Notes: generated by a model from the sequence alone, not told the origin. A stretch of DNA of 51,996 nt from Thermotogota bacterium (GCA_051748045.1 JBNJGY010000009.1:1-51996); one strand, 5' to 3'; shown: positions 40,329 to 50,236, counted from the first letter of the stretch. Numbers and translations are program-made.

Positions 40329-41526
40329 TGGATAACCTCCCTGTTGTTTGAAGTAAGTCAAGAACTTTCCATAAACTATAATACACTGATCTTTGGCGTA
40401 TGTCTTCTCTATTACCTTTAAATATTTTTTTTACTATATATTCTTTATCATCTATAATAAAACCAAAATACACTGTTCCTACAGGTTTCTCTTTTGTCCC
40501 GCCTGTTGGACCAGCTATTCCAGATATTGAAATTGCAATATCAGTATTGGTAATTATTTTTAAATTATTAACCATTTCAGAAACACACTTTTCAGAAACT
40601 GCACCATTTTTTTCTAAAGTTTCAGTTTTTACTTTTAAAATTTTACTTTTTAAATCATTTGAATATGTGACAAAACTTCCTTCAAAAAATTTAGAAGCTC
40701 CACTTTTACTAATTATATAATCAGCTAATTTACCCCCTGTACAAGATTCTGCAACAGATAATTTTATATTTTTAGAAATTAAATATTCAAAAAAGCTTTC
40801 TATTAGAGAAGATTCTCCTAAAAATTTATTATTATAACTCTCTTTTAAATATTCAATCAACTTTTCATCTTTTTTTATATCTAATCTAAGACCTAAATTT
40901 TTAATAATATAAATTCCATAATTTTTATTAATTCCATATTCTTCTAATTTGTATGTAAGGTCCATTTCAGTAACATTATAAAAAAATAAATTTTTATTTT
41001 CTTCATTTGCATTTTTAAAAAGATCGCATGTTTTTAAAACCTTATTAAAAACACTCTTAAATTCTTTTGGAGGACCTGGTAATAAAAAAATAAATTTTTT
41101 ATTATGTTTAATTATCTGACCTGGTGCTGTTCCAAAATCATTATAAACAATCTCGGCATTTTTTATAACCCTAGATTGTCTTTTGAGTCCTTCATTACTT
41201 ATTTTACCTTTATCTTTATGATAATTTATTATTTTTTCTTTAACTTTTCTATTTTCTATCATTTCTAAATCAAAAAAATTAGCAATTGATTCTAAAGTTA
41301 TATCATCTACTGTAGGACCTAACCCACCTATAATAAATATAATATCAGAAGATTTTGATAAAAAATTTAATGAATTCTCAAAATTTTCATAATTATCTTT
41401 TATAGATAATATATATTGAATGTCGAACCCAAATTTTAATATATTTTCAACGATGAAGTTTGAATTTGTTTCTTCAACTTTCTTTTCAACAATTTCATTA
41501 CCTGTAGCAAGAATAGATACTTTCAA
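40321..41526 (-). CDS. cinA: CinA (MocF + PncC) NMN deamidase-related protein
   Basis: [44 protein letters not shown] start. Confidence 0.93.
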   Translation of the reverse strand: MKVSILATGNEIVEKKVEETNSNFIVENILKFGFDIQYILSIKDNYENFENSLNFLSKSSDIIFIIGGLGPTVDDITLESIANFFDLEMIENRKVKEKIINYHKDKGKISNEGLKRQSRVIKNAEIVYNDFGTAPGQIIKHNKKFIFLLPGPPKEFKSVFNKVLKTCDLFKNANEENKNLFFYNVTEMDLTYKLEEYGINKNYGIYIIKNLGLRLDIKKDEKLIEYLKESYNNKFLGESSLIESFFEYLISKNIKLSVAESCTGGKLADYIISKSGASKFFEGSFVTYSNDLKSKILKVKTETLEKNGAVSEKCVSEMVNNLKIITNTDIAISISGIAGPTGGTKEKPVGTVYFGFIIDDKEYIVKKIFKGNREDIRQRSVYYSLWKVLDLLQTTGRLSNE

Positions 41527-41539
41527 TTCTTAATCCCCT

Positions 41540-42400
41540 TTATATCACTATCTGATTTTTGCCATTGTTTTTTGCTTTATACAAATTATTGTCTGCCATT
41601 TCTATTATATCAGAATAATTGTCATTATTTGAATTATCAGCAATTCCACCAGAAATAGTAATGTTTACATTTTTAGAAAACTGCTTTTTATTAACTTTCA
41701 TTCTTATCTCTTCTGCTATTAAATATGCTTTCACTTTATCATACATTTTAATGATAATAGAAAATTCTTCTCCACCATATCTAAAAGGAATAATCATTTT
41801 ATTTTCATATTTTTTTATTATTTTGCCTAAATCTTCCAAGACTTGATCTCCAGTCAAATGACCATAAGTATCATTAATGTTTTTAAAATCATCTATATCA
41901 ATAAATAAAATAGAATACTTTTCATTGTTAGCTTCTATTTTTTTTAATCTTTCATAAAATTGACTTTTATTGTATAATTCAGTTAAGAAATCTCTTTTAT
42001 TCAACTCTTCTAATTTATCTATATATTTTTTTAATTTTATATAAGTTTTCATCCTTGCTATTATCTCGGGATCTCTTAAGGGCTTTAAAATAAAATCATC
42101 TGCTCCTGATTTAAAAGCATTATCTAATGTTTCCTCATTATTTTGAGAAGTCATTATAAAAACATAGCTATTTATATCTGGATGTTTTTTCAATATTTGA
42201 CAAGTTTTTAATCCATCTATTCCAGGAAGTACCACATCCAAAAAAATAAAATCAGGTTTTTTTATATTCATTGCTAAAAAATTCAGCAATTCTTCAGAAC
42301 TGTTAAAGATAGATATATGAATACCTTCAAAATTTTTTTCGATGGTATCTTTTAATTTTTTTTGGATTAAGACAGAATCATCTACTATGAATAAATTCAT
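41540..42400 (-). CDS. REC-GGDEF diguanylate cyclase
   Basis: VDDS...FLDVVLPGIDG...KP receiver; DIDDFKNINDTYGHLTGD and RYGGEEF; start at ATG 42400 after GAGGT. Confidence 0.92.
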   Translation of the reverse strand: MNLFIVDDSVLIQKKLKDTIEKNFEGIHISIFNSSEELLNFLAMNIKKPDFIFLDVVLPGIDGLKTCQILKKHPDINSYVFIMTSQNNEETLDNAFKSGADDFILKPLRDPEIIARMKTYIKLKKYIDKLEELNKRDFLTELYNKSQFYERLKKIEANNEKYSILFIDIDDFKNINDTYGHLTGDQVLEDLGKIIKKYENKMIIPFRYGGEEFSIIIKMYDKVKAYLIAEEIRMKVNKKQFSKNVNITISGGIADNSNNDNYSDIIEMADNNLYKAKNNGKNQIVI

Positions 42401-42476
42401 ATTGCACCTCATATAATTAGCTATATAAATATTATATAACAAAATCCATAAATTATAAAATTATAAGGAGGAAATC

Positions 42477-43106
42477 ATGAGAAATTACGATAAAGAAGCA
42501 AAAATTATTATAGAAAAATTTCCTTACCCCCATGAATTCACTGACCCTTACATTGTTTTAGTATCTACAGTACTTTCGCAAAGAACAAAAGATGAAAACA
42601 CAAGAAAAGCTACAGTTAATTTATTTAATAAATACAAAAATATTAAAGAAATTTCAAATTTAAACCCAGAAGACATTTATGATTTAATTAAACCAGCAGG
42701 AATGTATAAACAAAAATCTGAAAGAATTATAAAATTATCAAAAATAATCGTGGATGAACATAACTCAAAAGTTCCAGATAATTTAGACGAGTTAGTAAAA
42801 CTCCCTGGAGTTGGTAGAAAAACCGCTAATATAGTGTTATACGTATCTTTTGATCAAAAGGCTATGGCTGTTGATACACACGTTCATAGAATAGCAAATA
42901 GACTAGGGTGGATAGATACAAAAAAGCCTGATGATACTGAATTTGAGATTATGAAAATAATATCTAAAGATTTATGGGGACCTTTAAATGGTTCCATGGT
43001 AGCTTTTGGACAACAAGTATGCAAACCAAGAAAGCCTAAATGTGAAATTTGTCCTTTAAAAAAATACTGTGATTTTTATAAAGAAAATTCACAAGAGACA
43101 GTTTAA
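42477..43106 (+). CDS. nth: Endonuclease III
   Basis: LSQRTKD, HhH LPGVGRKTAN, VDTHVHR, C-x6-C-x2-C-x5-C FeS motif. Confidence 0.96.
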   Translation: MRNYDKEAKIIIEKFPYPHEFTDPYIVLVSTVLSQRTKDENTRKATVNLFNKYKNIKEISNLNPEDIYDLIKPAGMYKQKSERIIKLSKIIVDEHNSKVPDNLDELVKLPGVGRKTANIVLYVSFDQKAMAVDTHVHRIANRLGWIDTKKPDDTEFEIMKIISKDLWGPLNGSMVAFGQQVCKPRKPKCEICPLKKYCDFYKENSQETV

Positions 43107-43131
43107 CTTTTAGTTAAACTGTCTCTTTTTT
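43093..43131 (+). terminator. Intrinsic terminator after nth
   Basis: Stem aagagacagtttaac/gttaaactgtctctt followed by a T run. Confidence 0.88.
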
Positions 43132-43132
43132 A

Positions 43133-43167
43133 TTGAAATTTTATATTTTTCATGTATAATTATACAT
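43133..43167 (+). promoter_or_regulatory. Putative polC promoter TTGAAA-N16-TATAAT with a 16-bp palindrome over the -10 box
   Basis: TTGAAA 43133-43138, TATAAT 43155-43160, ATGTATAATTATACAT 43152-43167. Confidence 0.55.
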
Positions 43168-43189
43168 AAGTATAATAGGGGTGATTTTA

Positions 43190-46180
43190 ATGAAAAAAAA
43201 TAAAATTCTTTCAGTAAAAAATGCTTTGAAATACAAACTAACAAAACAAAACATAAGTTTATACGGAAAAATCTTTCTCATTGATGATGACGAGAAAAAA
43301 AATTACACCCAAATTTTCATAACAGATAACAAAGAAGCAGTTATATTAAAAATATTTGAAAAAAATCTAGACTACAAAAAAGATGATTTCATAAAAGCTA
43401 AAGGTTTTTTTGAATTTGATAATCTTAACGGAGATTATTCTTTTTCAGTAAGCGAGCATAAAGAATATTTTAACTTCGAAAAAAAAGACGGTTCAATAGA
43501 AAAAAGAACTGAATTACACCTACATTCTAAATTTAGTGAACAAGATTCTATTGTAGACATAGAAGAACTATTAAAGACATTGAAGTATTGGGGACATACC
43601 CATGTAGCCATAACAGATCACGAATCTGTTCAAAACATACCTGAATTTTGGAATCTTTCAAAAAAATATAATATAACTCCAATTTTTGGTGCTGAAATAA
43701 CTGTTTTCGAACCATTTTTAAACGATTTCTTTCATGTAACTATACTGGCAAAAAATAAATCAGGACTTAAAAACCTCTACAAAATAATATCTCAATCACA
43801 TATGAATTTAAACGAAAAAAAACCTATAATCAATATACAAGACATAGAAAAAAATAGAAAAGATTTATACATAGGTAGCGCTTGTACTAAAAACATTTTA
43901 ATGTATTTTTATCTAAAACAAGATGAAGAAATGCTCTTGAAAAAAGTTAAGTTTTTTGACTATATAGAAATACAACCATTAGAAGCAAAAGAAGATGACA
44001 GAATAACAAAAGAAAAACTCAAAAAATTCTATCTTAGAATAACAGAAGCAGCAGAAAATGAAAATATACCTGTAATACTAACAGGAAATGTTCACTATAT
44101 ATACGAAAAAGACAAAGAAATACACAATGCCTTACAAAAAGGTATAGAAACACTTAAAAAATTTAACAAAACATACAATTCCAAAAGATATCTCCGAACA
44201 ACAGAAGAAATGATACAAGCAGGTATAGAAATATATGGGAAAAGAGGAAAAGCTAAAAAAATAGCCGTTAGAAATGTAAAAAAATTGATAGATACAATAG
44301 AAAAAATAGAACCTTTTGACAACAAACTACACGCGCCAAAAATAAAAGACGAAAACTTAAAATTAAAAGATTTGGTCTACCATCAGACAAAAAAGATATA
44401 CGGGGAAAAAATTCATTCGAAAATTAAACAAAGAATAGAAAAAGAATTATCTCCTATAATAAAAAACGGTTATGCTATTATCTTCCTACTTGCAAGAGAA
44501 ATGATTCTAAAATCTAAAGAAGATGGATATCCTGTTGGAGCAAGGGGATCAGTTGGATCTTCATTAATAGCTTTTATACTTGGAATATCAGAGGTAAACC
44601 CACTACCTCCCCACTATTATTGCAAATGTGGATACGTTGATTTCATAGATAACTTAAATATAAGTGGTTTTGATTTAGAAAGAAATAGATGCCCTAACTG
44701 TGGAAAAGATTTAAAAAGCAATGGACATAACATAAGATTTGAAATATTTATGGGATTTGATGGAAAGAAAATTCCAGATATAGACATAAATTTCTCTGGA
44801 GAATACCAAACTAAAATACACAGATATTTAGAAGAAAAATTTGGAAGAGAACACTGTTTCAAAGCCGGAACTATAAATACCATTGCAAAGAGATCAGCAC
44901 TAAAATTCTCTGAAAAATACTTAAAAAAAGAAGGGCATATAGCAAAAATATTTTATTATGCAGAAAAATTAAAAGGTGTAAAGATGACAACTGGACAACA
45001 CACAAGCGCCATGATAATTATCCCCCAAGAAAACAATATAAACGATTTTACACCATATCAATACTCAGCAAACGATAAAGAAAAGGGAATTCTAACAACA
45101 CATTTTGATTACGAAGCTTTAGAAAATGATCTATTAAAAATAGACGCTCTAGCCCACGATGCACCAACCTTTTTAAAAAAACTAAAAGATTTAACTGGAA
45201 TAGGATACGAAAAACTTCCAATGAATGACAAAGATGTTCTCGAGCTCTTTTCATCTCTAAAACCATTGAAAATAAACCTTGACGAAATAGACGTGGAAAT
45301 AGGAACTCTTGGAATACCAGAAGTATGGACACCATTTGCACATAGAATGCTATCCGAAACAAAACCAAAATCTTTCTACGATTTAGCCAGAACATCCAGC
45401 CTTTCTCACGGAACAAACATATGGTTCAACAACGCAAGAGAATTGGTACTAAAAAAACAAGTGTCTGTAAACCAAGTTGTCTCTTGTCGAGATGACATAT
45501 TATTAACCTTAGAACATTACGGAATAGAATCAAAAAAAGCCTTCAACATAATGGAAAAAGTAAGAAAAGGCAAGAAACTAACAGAAGAAGAACTAAAATT
45601 ACTTATATCAAAAAATGTTCCAAAATGGTATATTAAATCACTGATAAAAATAAAATACCTTTTCCCAAGATCTCACGCTGTTGCTTACATGTATATGGCT
45701 TATAAAATAGCCTTTTACAAACTTTACTACAGATTAGAATTCTATTCAGTCTATTTCAGTGTTAGGGCGAAAATATTTGATATAGACACTATATTCAACG
45801 AAGAGTTGATGATGAAAAAAATAGAAGAATTATCAGACGTCACCTATAAACACGACTTTGAAAATTTTTTGACCTATTCAGTGTTAAGAACGGCTTACGA
45901 AATGAAAAAACAGGGATACTATTTTCTTCCACCAGACATATACAAATCCCATATAACAGATTTTGTCATAGAGGGAAAAAACCTTAGAATCCCCCTAACA
46001 AAAATACCAAATGTAGGAATAAAAGGTGCAGTGAATATATTCAAAGAAAGAGAAAAAAAATTCATATCAATAGAAGATTTCAAAAAGAGGACAAAAATTA
46101 GCAAAAGAATAATAGAAAAACTAAAAACTAAAGATTTCTTCAAAAACCTACCAGAAAAAAGCCAAATCCCTCTTTTTTAA
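43190..46180 (+). CDS. polC: PolC-type DNA polymerase III alpha lacking the 3'-5' exonuclease and N-terminal domains
   Basis: OB fold, RTELHLHS/TDH PHP, VGARGSVGSS, EVNPLPPHY zinc finger, IPDIDINFSGEYQ, LLKIDALAH, LSHGT, C-terminal QIPLF; start ATG 43190 (alternative GTG 43181). Confidence 0.93.
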   Translation: MKKNKILSVKNALKYKLTKQNISLYGKIFLIDDDEKKNYTQIFITDNKEAVILKIFEKNLDYKKDDFIKAKGFFEFDNLNGDYSFSVSEHKEYFNFEKKDGSIEKRTELHLHSKFSEQDSIVDIEELLKTLKYWGHTHVAITDHESVQNIPEFWNLSKKYNITPIFGAEITVFEPFLNDFFHVTILAKNKSGLKNLYKIISQSHMNLNEKKPIINIQDIEKNRKDLYIGSACTKNILMYFYLKQDEEMLLKKVKFFDYIEIQPLEAKEDDRITKEKLKKFYLRITEAAENENIPVILTGNVHYIYEKDKEIHNALQKGIETLKKFNKTYNSKRYLRTTEEMIQAGIEIYGKRGKAKKIAVRNVKKLIDTIEKIEPFDNKLHAPKIKDENLKLKDLVYHQTKKIYGEKIHSKIKQRIEKELSPIIKNGYAIIFLLAREMILKSKEDGYPVGARGSVGSSLIAFILGISEVNPLPPHYYCKCGYVDFIDNLNISGFDLERNRCPNCGKDLKSNGHNIRFEIFMGFDGKKIPDIDINFSGEYQTKIHRYLEEKFGREHCFKAGTINTIAKRSALKFSEKYLKKEGHIAKIFYYAEKLKGVKMTTGQHTSAMIIIPQENNINDFTPYQYSANDKEKGILTTHFDYEALENDLLKIDALAHDAPTFLKKLKDLTGIGYEKLPMNDKDVLELFSSLKPLKINLDEIDVEIGTLGIPEVWTPFAHRMLSETKPKSFYDLARTSSLSHGTNIWFNNARELVLKKQVSVNQVVSCRDDILLTLEHYGIESKKAFNIMEKVRKGKKLTEEELKLLISKNVPKWYIKSLIKIKYLFPRSHAVAYMYMAYKIAFYKLYYRLEFYSVYFSVRAKIFDIDTIFNEELMMKKIEELSDVTYKHDFENFLTYSVLRTAYEMKKQGYYFLPPDIYKSHITDFVIEGKNLRIPLTKIPNVGIKGAVNIFKEREKKFISIEDFKKRTKISKRIIEKLKTKDFFKNLPEKSQIPLF

Positions 46181-46212
46181 TATAACTTACTTATTTCTTT
46201 ATAAATAACAAG

Positions 46213-46251
46213 ATAAATACCTCCAAGTATATACTTAGAGGTATTTATTTT
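46213..46251. terminator. Bidirectional terminator between polC and the ktrB-like gene
   Basis: ataaatacctc-c-aagtat/atactt-a-gaggtatttat inverted repeat. Confidence 0.8.
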
Positions 46252-46276
46252 ATCTTATCTTATCTTATAATTATTT

Positions 46277-47605
46277 TTAAACAGCTAAATCAGTTTCTTT
46301 ATTGTCAAAAATCAATTTTGGTTTTACAAAAAGTGCTGCACCAAAAGTTAAAGGCCCAGTTCTTCCTACTAACATAAGTATTATTATTGCTAATTTACCT
46401 ATTACTGTTAGTGAATCTGTCAGTCCCATACTCAAACCAACGGTTCCTAAAGCAGATGCGGCTTCAAAAGCTACACTTATAAAATCTGCATTCTCAGTTA
46501 AGGATAAAATATAAACTCCTAAAGCTAAGAAAACAAAATAGAATACAAAACCAGCAGCAGCACTATTAACCCTTGATTTTGGTATTTTCGATTTCCAAAA
46601 ATAAACATCATCTTTACCTTGTAAAGTACTTTTTACTAAACCATATACAGCTGTAAAGGTTGTGGTTTTAAGTCCACCTCCAGTACCAGAAGGAGAAGCG
46701 CCTATAATCATATATATAGTAGTAAAAAATAAGACTGATTTTACCAAACCACCTACGTTTATTGTATTAAATCCAACAGTGGTTATAGAAGTCATAACTT
46801 GAAAAAAAGATGTTATAAGTCTTTCATGAGCTGGTAAATCAGATATAGATGGTTCTGATATAAATACCAAAAAAGTACCTACTATTACTAGATAAAACGT
46901 TGTTCTTAAAATTATTTTGGAAGTTAATGTTATTGATTCAGTTTTTCTTCTGATTTTTCTCCAATAATCAACGAAAACTATAAAACCAATAGCTCCAGAA
47001 AAACTCAAACCTGAAATCGTCAAGTTTAACCAGAAATTATTATAAAAGTCCATGAAACTATTGTTAAACAAACTAAATCCAGCTGTACAAAAAGCAGATA
47101 TGCTGTGGAAAATTGCTTGCCATACTGCATTATCTACACCTTCGTTAATAAATATAAAATATAAAATAAAAGCTCCAATTGTTTCAATTATCAAAGTAAA
47201 AAAGATTACTGAATATATAAATTTCTCTATAACAAAATTTTTAGGAATAGAAAAAACTGTTTGAGATACTTCAGAAACATTTTTTGGTAATTGTTTTTTC
47301 CTAGTTAATATAACAAACGAAGAAAAAGTCATATAGCCAATACCACCTAACTGTATTAATAAAAGAATTATAAATTCACCAAAAAAAGAATAACTATCCG
47401 AAACAGAAACAGTTACTAACCCCGTTGTAGAAACAGCTGAAGTTGATATAAAAAGATTATCAAGTGATCCTACTGTATTTACAGTAGAAAAAGGTAGGGA
47501 TAACATCACCCATCCAAATATTATATAAAAAATATAACCAAATAACACCAATTTTATTGGATTAACAGTAGATAAATAATCTTTCAAATGTTCAATTAGT
47601 TTCAT
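46277..47605 (-). CDS. TrkH/KtrB potassium uptake membrane subunit
   Basis: Four pore loops SAVSTTGL, SAFCTAGF, TSITTVGF, SALGTVGL; IGASPSGTGGGLKTTT; GRTGPLT. Confidence 0.93.
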   Translation of the reverse strand: MKLIEHLKDYLSTVNPIKLVLFGYIFYIIFGWVMLSLPFSTVNTVGSLDNLFISTSAVSTTGLVTVSVSDSYSFFGEFIILLLIQLGGIGYMTFSSFVILTRKKQLPKNVSEVSQTVFSIPKNFVIEKFIYSVIFFTLIIETIGAFILYFIFINEGVDNAVWQAIFHSISAFCTAGFSLFNNSFMDFYNNFWLNLTISGLSFSGAIGFIVFVDYWRKIRRKTESITLTSKIILRTTFYLVIVGTFLVFISEPSISDLPAHERLITSFFQVMTSITTVGFNTINVGGLVKSVLFFTTIYMIIGASPSGTGGGLKTTTFTAVYGLVKSTLQGKDDVYFWKSKIPKSRVNSAAAGFVFYFVFLALGVYILSLTENADFISVAFEAASALGTVGLSMGLTDSLTVIGKLAIIILMLVGRTGPLTFGAALFVKPKLIFDNKETDLAV

Positions 47606-47608
47606 ATT

Positions 47609-48160
47609 TTAATCCTCCATATTTTGATTCTTTAGACTTTGTAATTTATTAGCCACATCGTAAAAAAAGTCTTTATATCTTTTTCCTTTTTTTTCTCCAA
47701 TGAAATCACCTAATTTTTTATATACATCTGATTCGATAGGGTTTTTAGAGAATAATTCTTTTATTTTCGTGAAATCTTCATTTGAATAATAGCTATTATT
47801 TTTAGCAGTTTCCATATTTTTTAATGTATTTTCTAATCTTTCAAAAGTAAAAGGTTTTTGAATATATGCAACTGTCCCTAATTTTGTACATTCAATAGCA
47901 TTTTTAACTGTACCATAAGCTGTCATTATAACTACATCAGTATGGTCATTTTTATTTCTCATTTCTTTCAATATTTTTGTTCCTGACACTTTAGGCATCT
48001 TGATATCTAAAAATATCAAATCATATTTATTATAATTAATTTTTTTTAACGCTTCTTCACCATCTACAGCTTCTTCAACATCATAACCTTTGCTTTTCAT
48101 TCCTAAAACTAATAAATTTCTTATATTTTTAGTGTCATCAGCTATTAGAATTTTCTTCAT
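47609..48160 (-). CDS. Response regulator: REC plus short TPR-like tail
   Basis: MKKILIADDT...FLDIKMP...MTAYG...QKPF; start moved to ATG 48160 after AGGGG RBS; no HTH recognised. Confidence 0.85.
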   Translation of the reverse strand: MKKILIADDTKNIRNLLVLGMKSKGYDVEEAVDGEEALKKINYNKYDLIFLDIKMPKVSGTKILKEMRNKNDHTDVVIMTAYGTVKNAIECTKLGTVAYIQKPFTFERLENTLKNMETAKNNSYYSNEDFTKIKELFSKNPIESDVYKKLGDFIGEKKGKRYKDFFYDVANKLQSLKNQNMED

Positions 48161-49988
48161 TTTTATTATCCCCTTTAGAGAATGTGATAATAAACTTAGT
48201 TCCCTTTTCATTTTGGCTTTCAATCTCAATAGCAGCACCATGGCTATCTAAAATTTCTTTAGATATTGTCAAGCCCATTCCAGAATCGTCTATATAATTA
48301 GTTTTATTTTCTTTACTAGAATAATATTTTTTAAAAATATTTTCAATCTTATCAGTTTTTATACCTTTTCCAGTATCCTCAATTTCAAAAACCACATTTT
48401 TATTTTCATTTTGGTATGTTGTTATATTTATTTCATCATTTTCTTTTGTATGCTTTAAAGAATTAGATATTAGATTATTAATAACCCAACTAATTTTAAT
48501 TTTATCAATATATATATCAGGTATATCTTGCAAGTCTACAAAAATCTTTTTATTTTCTTTGTTAGCTTGAAAATCGAACTGTTCTAAGCTTGTTCTTATT
48601 ATTTCATTCAGATTTTCATAATCATACTCATAAAAGGCTTCTATATCATCTATTTTTCTTAGATTGACTAGATTAGAAATCAAACTTGATATTTTTTCTA
48701 CATCTTCTTTTATAGTTATAATCAACTCTTCATTTTCACTATCAATATTTTTAATTTTCTCTTCCAAAATTGAAAGTCCAAGAATAATTGAGGTTAAAGG
48801 TGTTTTGAACTCATGAGAAACACTTGAAATTAAACCTAACCTCATATTTTCAAACTCTTTTTCTTTTGTTATATTACGTAAGGATACTATAAGACCATTT
48901 AAATTGGCATTAACATCTCTTATTTTAGTTGCTAAAACATTGAAAAAGTATTTTTGACCATCAATTTCAATTTTAATCACTCTATAATCATTTTCTTTAT
49001 CACTTTTTACTAAGTTAGATAAAATATCATAAAGTTCTAAGTTTTTCACAACATCAAAGATAAATTTATATTTGATGTCTTCATTACACTTAAAAAACTC
49101 TCTAAACTCATTATTAGTTAAAATCAACTTCATATCTTCATCTAAAACAAAAATAGGATCAGGAATATTGTTTATAAGAGCAGCAGATTTACTTTTTTCT
49201 TCTCCAAGTTGCTCTATAGTTGATTTTTCAAACTCTTTTATTCTTTCTGTCATCTTATTAAATTCTTGAATTAATACCCCCAATTCATCATTTGTTTCTA
49301 TATTTAAAGGTTCTCTTTTACTCATAGATTTAATGTTTTTGATTTCATTGATCAATTTGAACAGAGGACTTAAAAACCTTTTTATTAAAAAGAGAGATAA
49401 ATAAACACTCAAAAAAATAGAAGAAATTGTTATAAAAATAATTAAAACTGTTATATTTCTCCACTTCTCAACCAAATCATCTCTAGAACCAAAAATAGAA
49501 TTTTCATTGATTTTTATAAGTTCATCTATATAGTTTAACACTTCAGAATACAAAGGTCTAATATTATCTGCATATAACCCCTCAATAAACTCAATATCTT
49601 CTCTGTTATTTTTTAGCTCATCAAAATATTCAAGATATTTATCATAAGTGCTATTAAGGTTTTGAACTAAATCTTTTTCTCCTTCTTCAGTAATATTATT
49701 GTTTTGAAATTCTAAAGCATCCTCAAAATTGTTTCTTTCATTATAAAAAGTTTCAATATTTAGAATCGAAAAATTCCTTAACAAATTTGCAACAGCATTA
49801 TTCTGTTCTTTTATAGAATATTTCATTTGATTTAGAGCTTTTATAGAATCATAATTATTTGATACCAATAATTTAACTTCATTAGTCATTTGATAAAGAC
49901 TAGAAGAAGAAAAAATCCCCAACATACCTATTATAAAAATTAATATAATTACCAAAAATAAAAATTTAGATTTAAGACTATTTAGCAT
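48138..49988 (-). CDS. Sensor histidine kinase (four-helix sensor, HAMP, PAS, HisKA, HATPase)
   Basis: Two TM helices, DELGVLIQEFNKM HAMP, SHEFKTPLTS, NLISNSLK, DTGKG, SGMGL; start at ATG 49988 after GAGGTGA. Confidence 0.93.
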   Translation of the reverse strand: MLNSLKSKFLFLVIILIFIIGMLGIFSSSSLYQMTNEVKLLVSNNYDSIKALNQMKYSIKEQNNAVANLLRNFSILNIETFYNERNNFEDALEFQNNNITEEGEKDLVQNLNSTYDKYLEYFDELKNNREDIEFIEGLYADNIRPLYSEVLNYIDELIKINENSIFGSRDDLVEKWRNITVLIIFITISSIFLSVYLSLFLIKRFLSPLFKLINEIKNIKSMSKREPLNIETNDELGVLIQEFNKMTERIKEFEKSTIEQLGEEKSKSAALINNIPDPIFVLDEDMKLILTNNEFREFFKCNEDIKYKFIFDVVKNLELYDILSNLVKSDKENDYRVIKIEIDGQKYFFNVLATKIRDVNANLNGLIVSLRNITKEKEFENMRLGLISSVSHEFKTPLTSIILGLSILEEKIKNIDSENEELIITIKEDVEKISSLISNLVNLRKIDDIEAFYEYDYENLNEIIRTSLEQFDFQANKENKKIFVDLQDIPDIYIDKIKISWVINNLISNSLKHTKENDEINITTYQNENKNVVFEIEDTGKGIKTDKIENIFKKYYSSKENKTNYIDDSGMGLTISKEILDSHGAAIEIESQNEKGTKFIITFSKGDNKNEENSNS

Positions 49989-50127
49989 TATTATCACCTC
50001 TGATACCATTATATTTCTTAGTTTGAATAATTTTAGTTTTTTTATCTAATTCATTATAGTCAATTATACTAGATTATTTTTAATTATGTTAATTTTTCTT
50101 TATTATATTAAATCTTATAGAAAGAAA

Positions 50128-50168
50128 ATAAAAACTAAACCCAATATTTCATAATATTAGCTTTAGTT
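50128..50168 (-). terminator. Orphan minus-strand terminator-like hairpin
   Basis: Minus strand actaaagctaatatt-atga-aatattgggtttagt followed by a T-rich tail. Confidence 0.6.
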
Positions 50169-50174
50169 CAATTG

Positions 50175-50236
50175 TTATTTATCAATGATTTTATTCACAA
50201 ACTCTTCAATATTTTCATAAAAAATATTAAATCAAC
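50175..50236 (-). pseudogene. Relic 3' end of a CPT-family gene
   Basis: Translates NIFYENIEEFVNKIIDK*, against NTFYESIDECVSKILD in the gene at 51784-51996; 40/50 nt identical by manual alignment. Confidence 0.7.

Noticed and set aside
38274-41526. cinA next to cheA rather than recA
   Set aside because: Matches the gene order I recall for Thermotoga; lineage synteny, not novelty.
46251-46267. (TATCT)3 microsatellite
   Set aside because: Too short, intergenic between convergent genes, with no plausible phase-variation target.
48161-48241. N-terminal extension of the response regulator in the ORF track
   Set aside because: Overlaps the kinase gene; the RBS and REC boundary point to ATG 48160.
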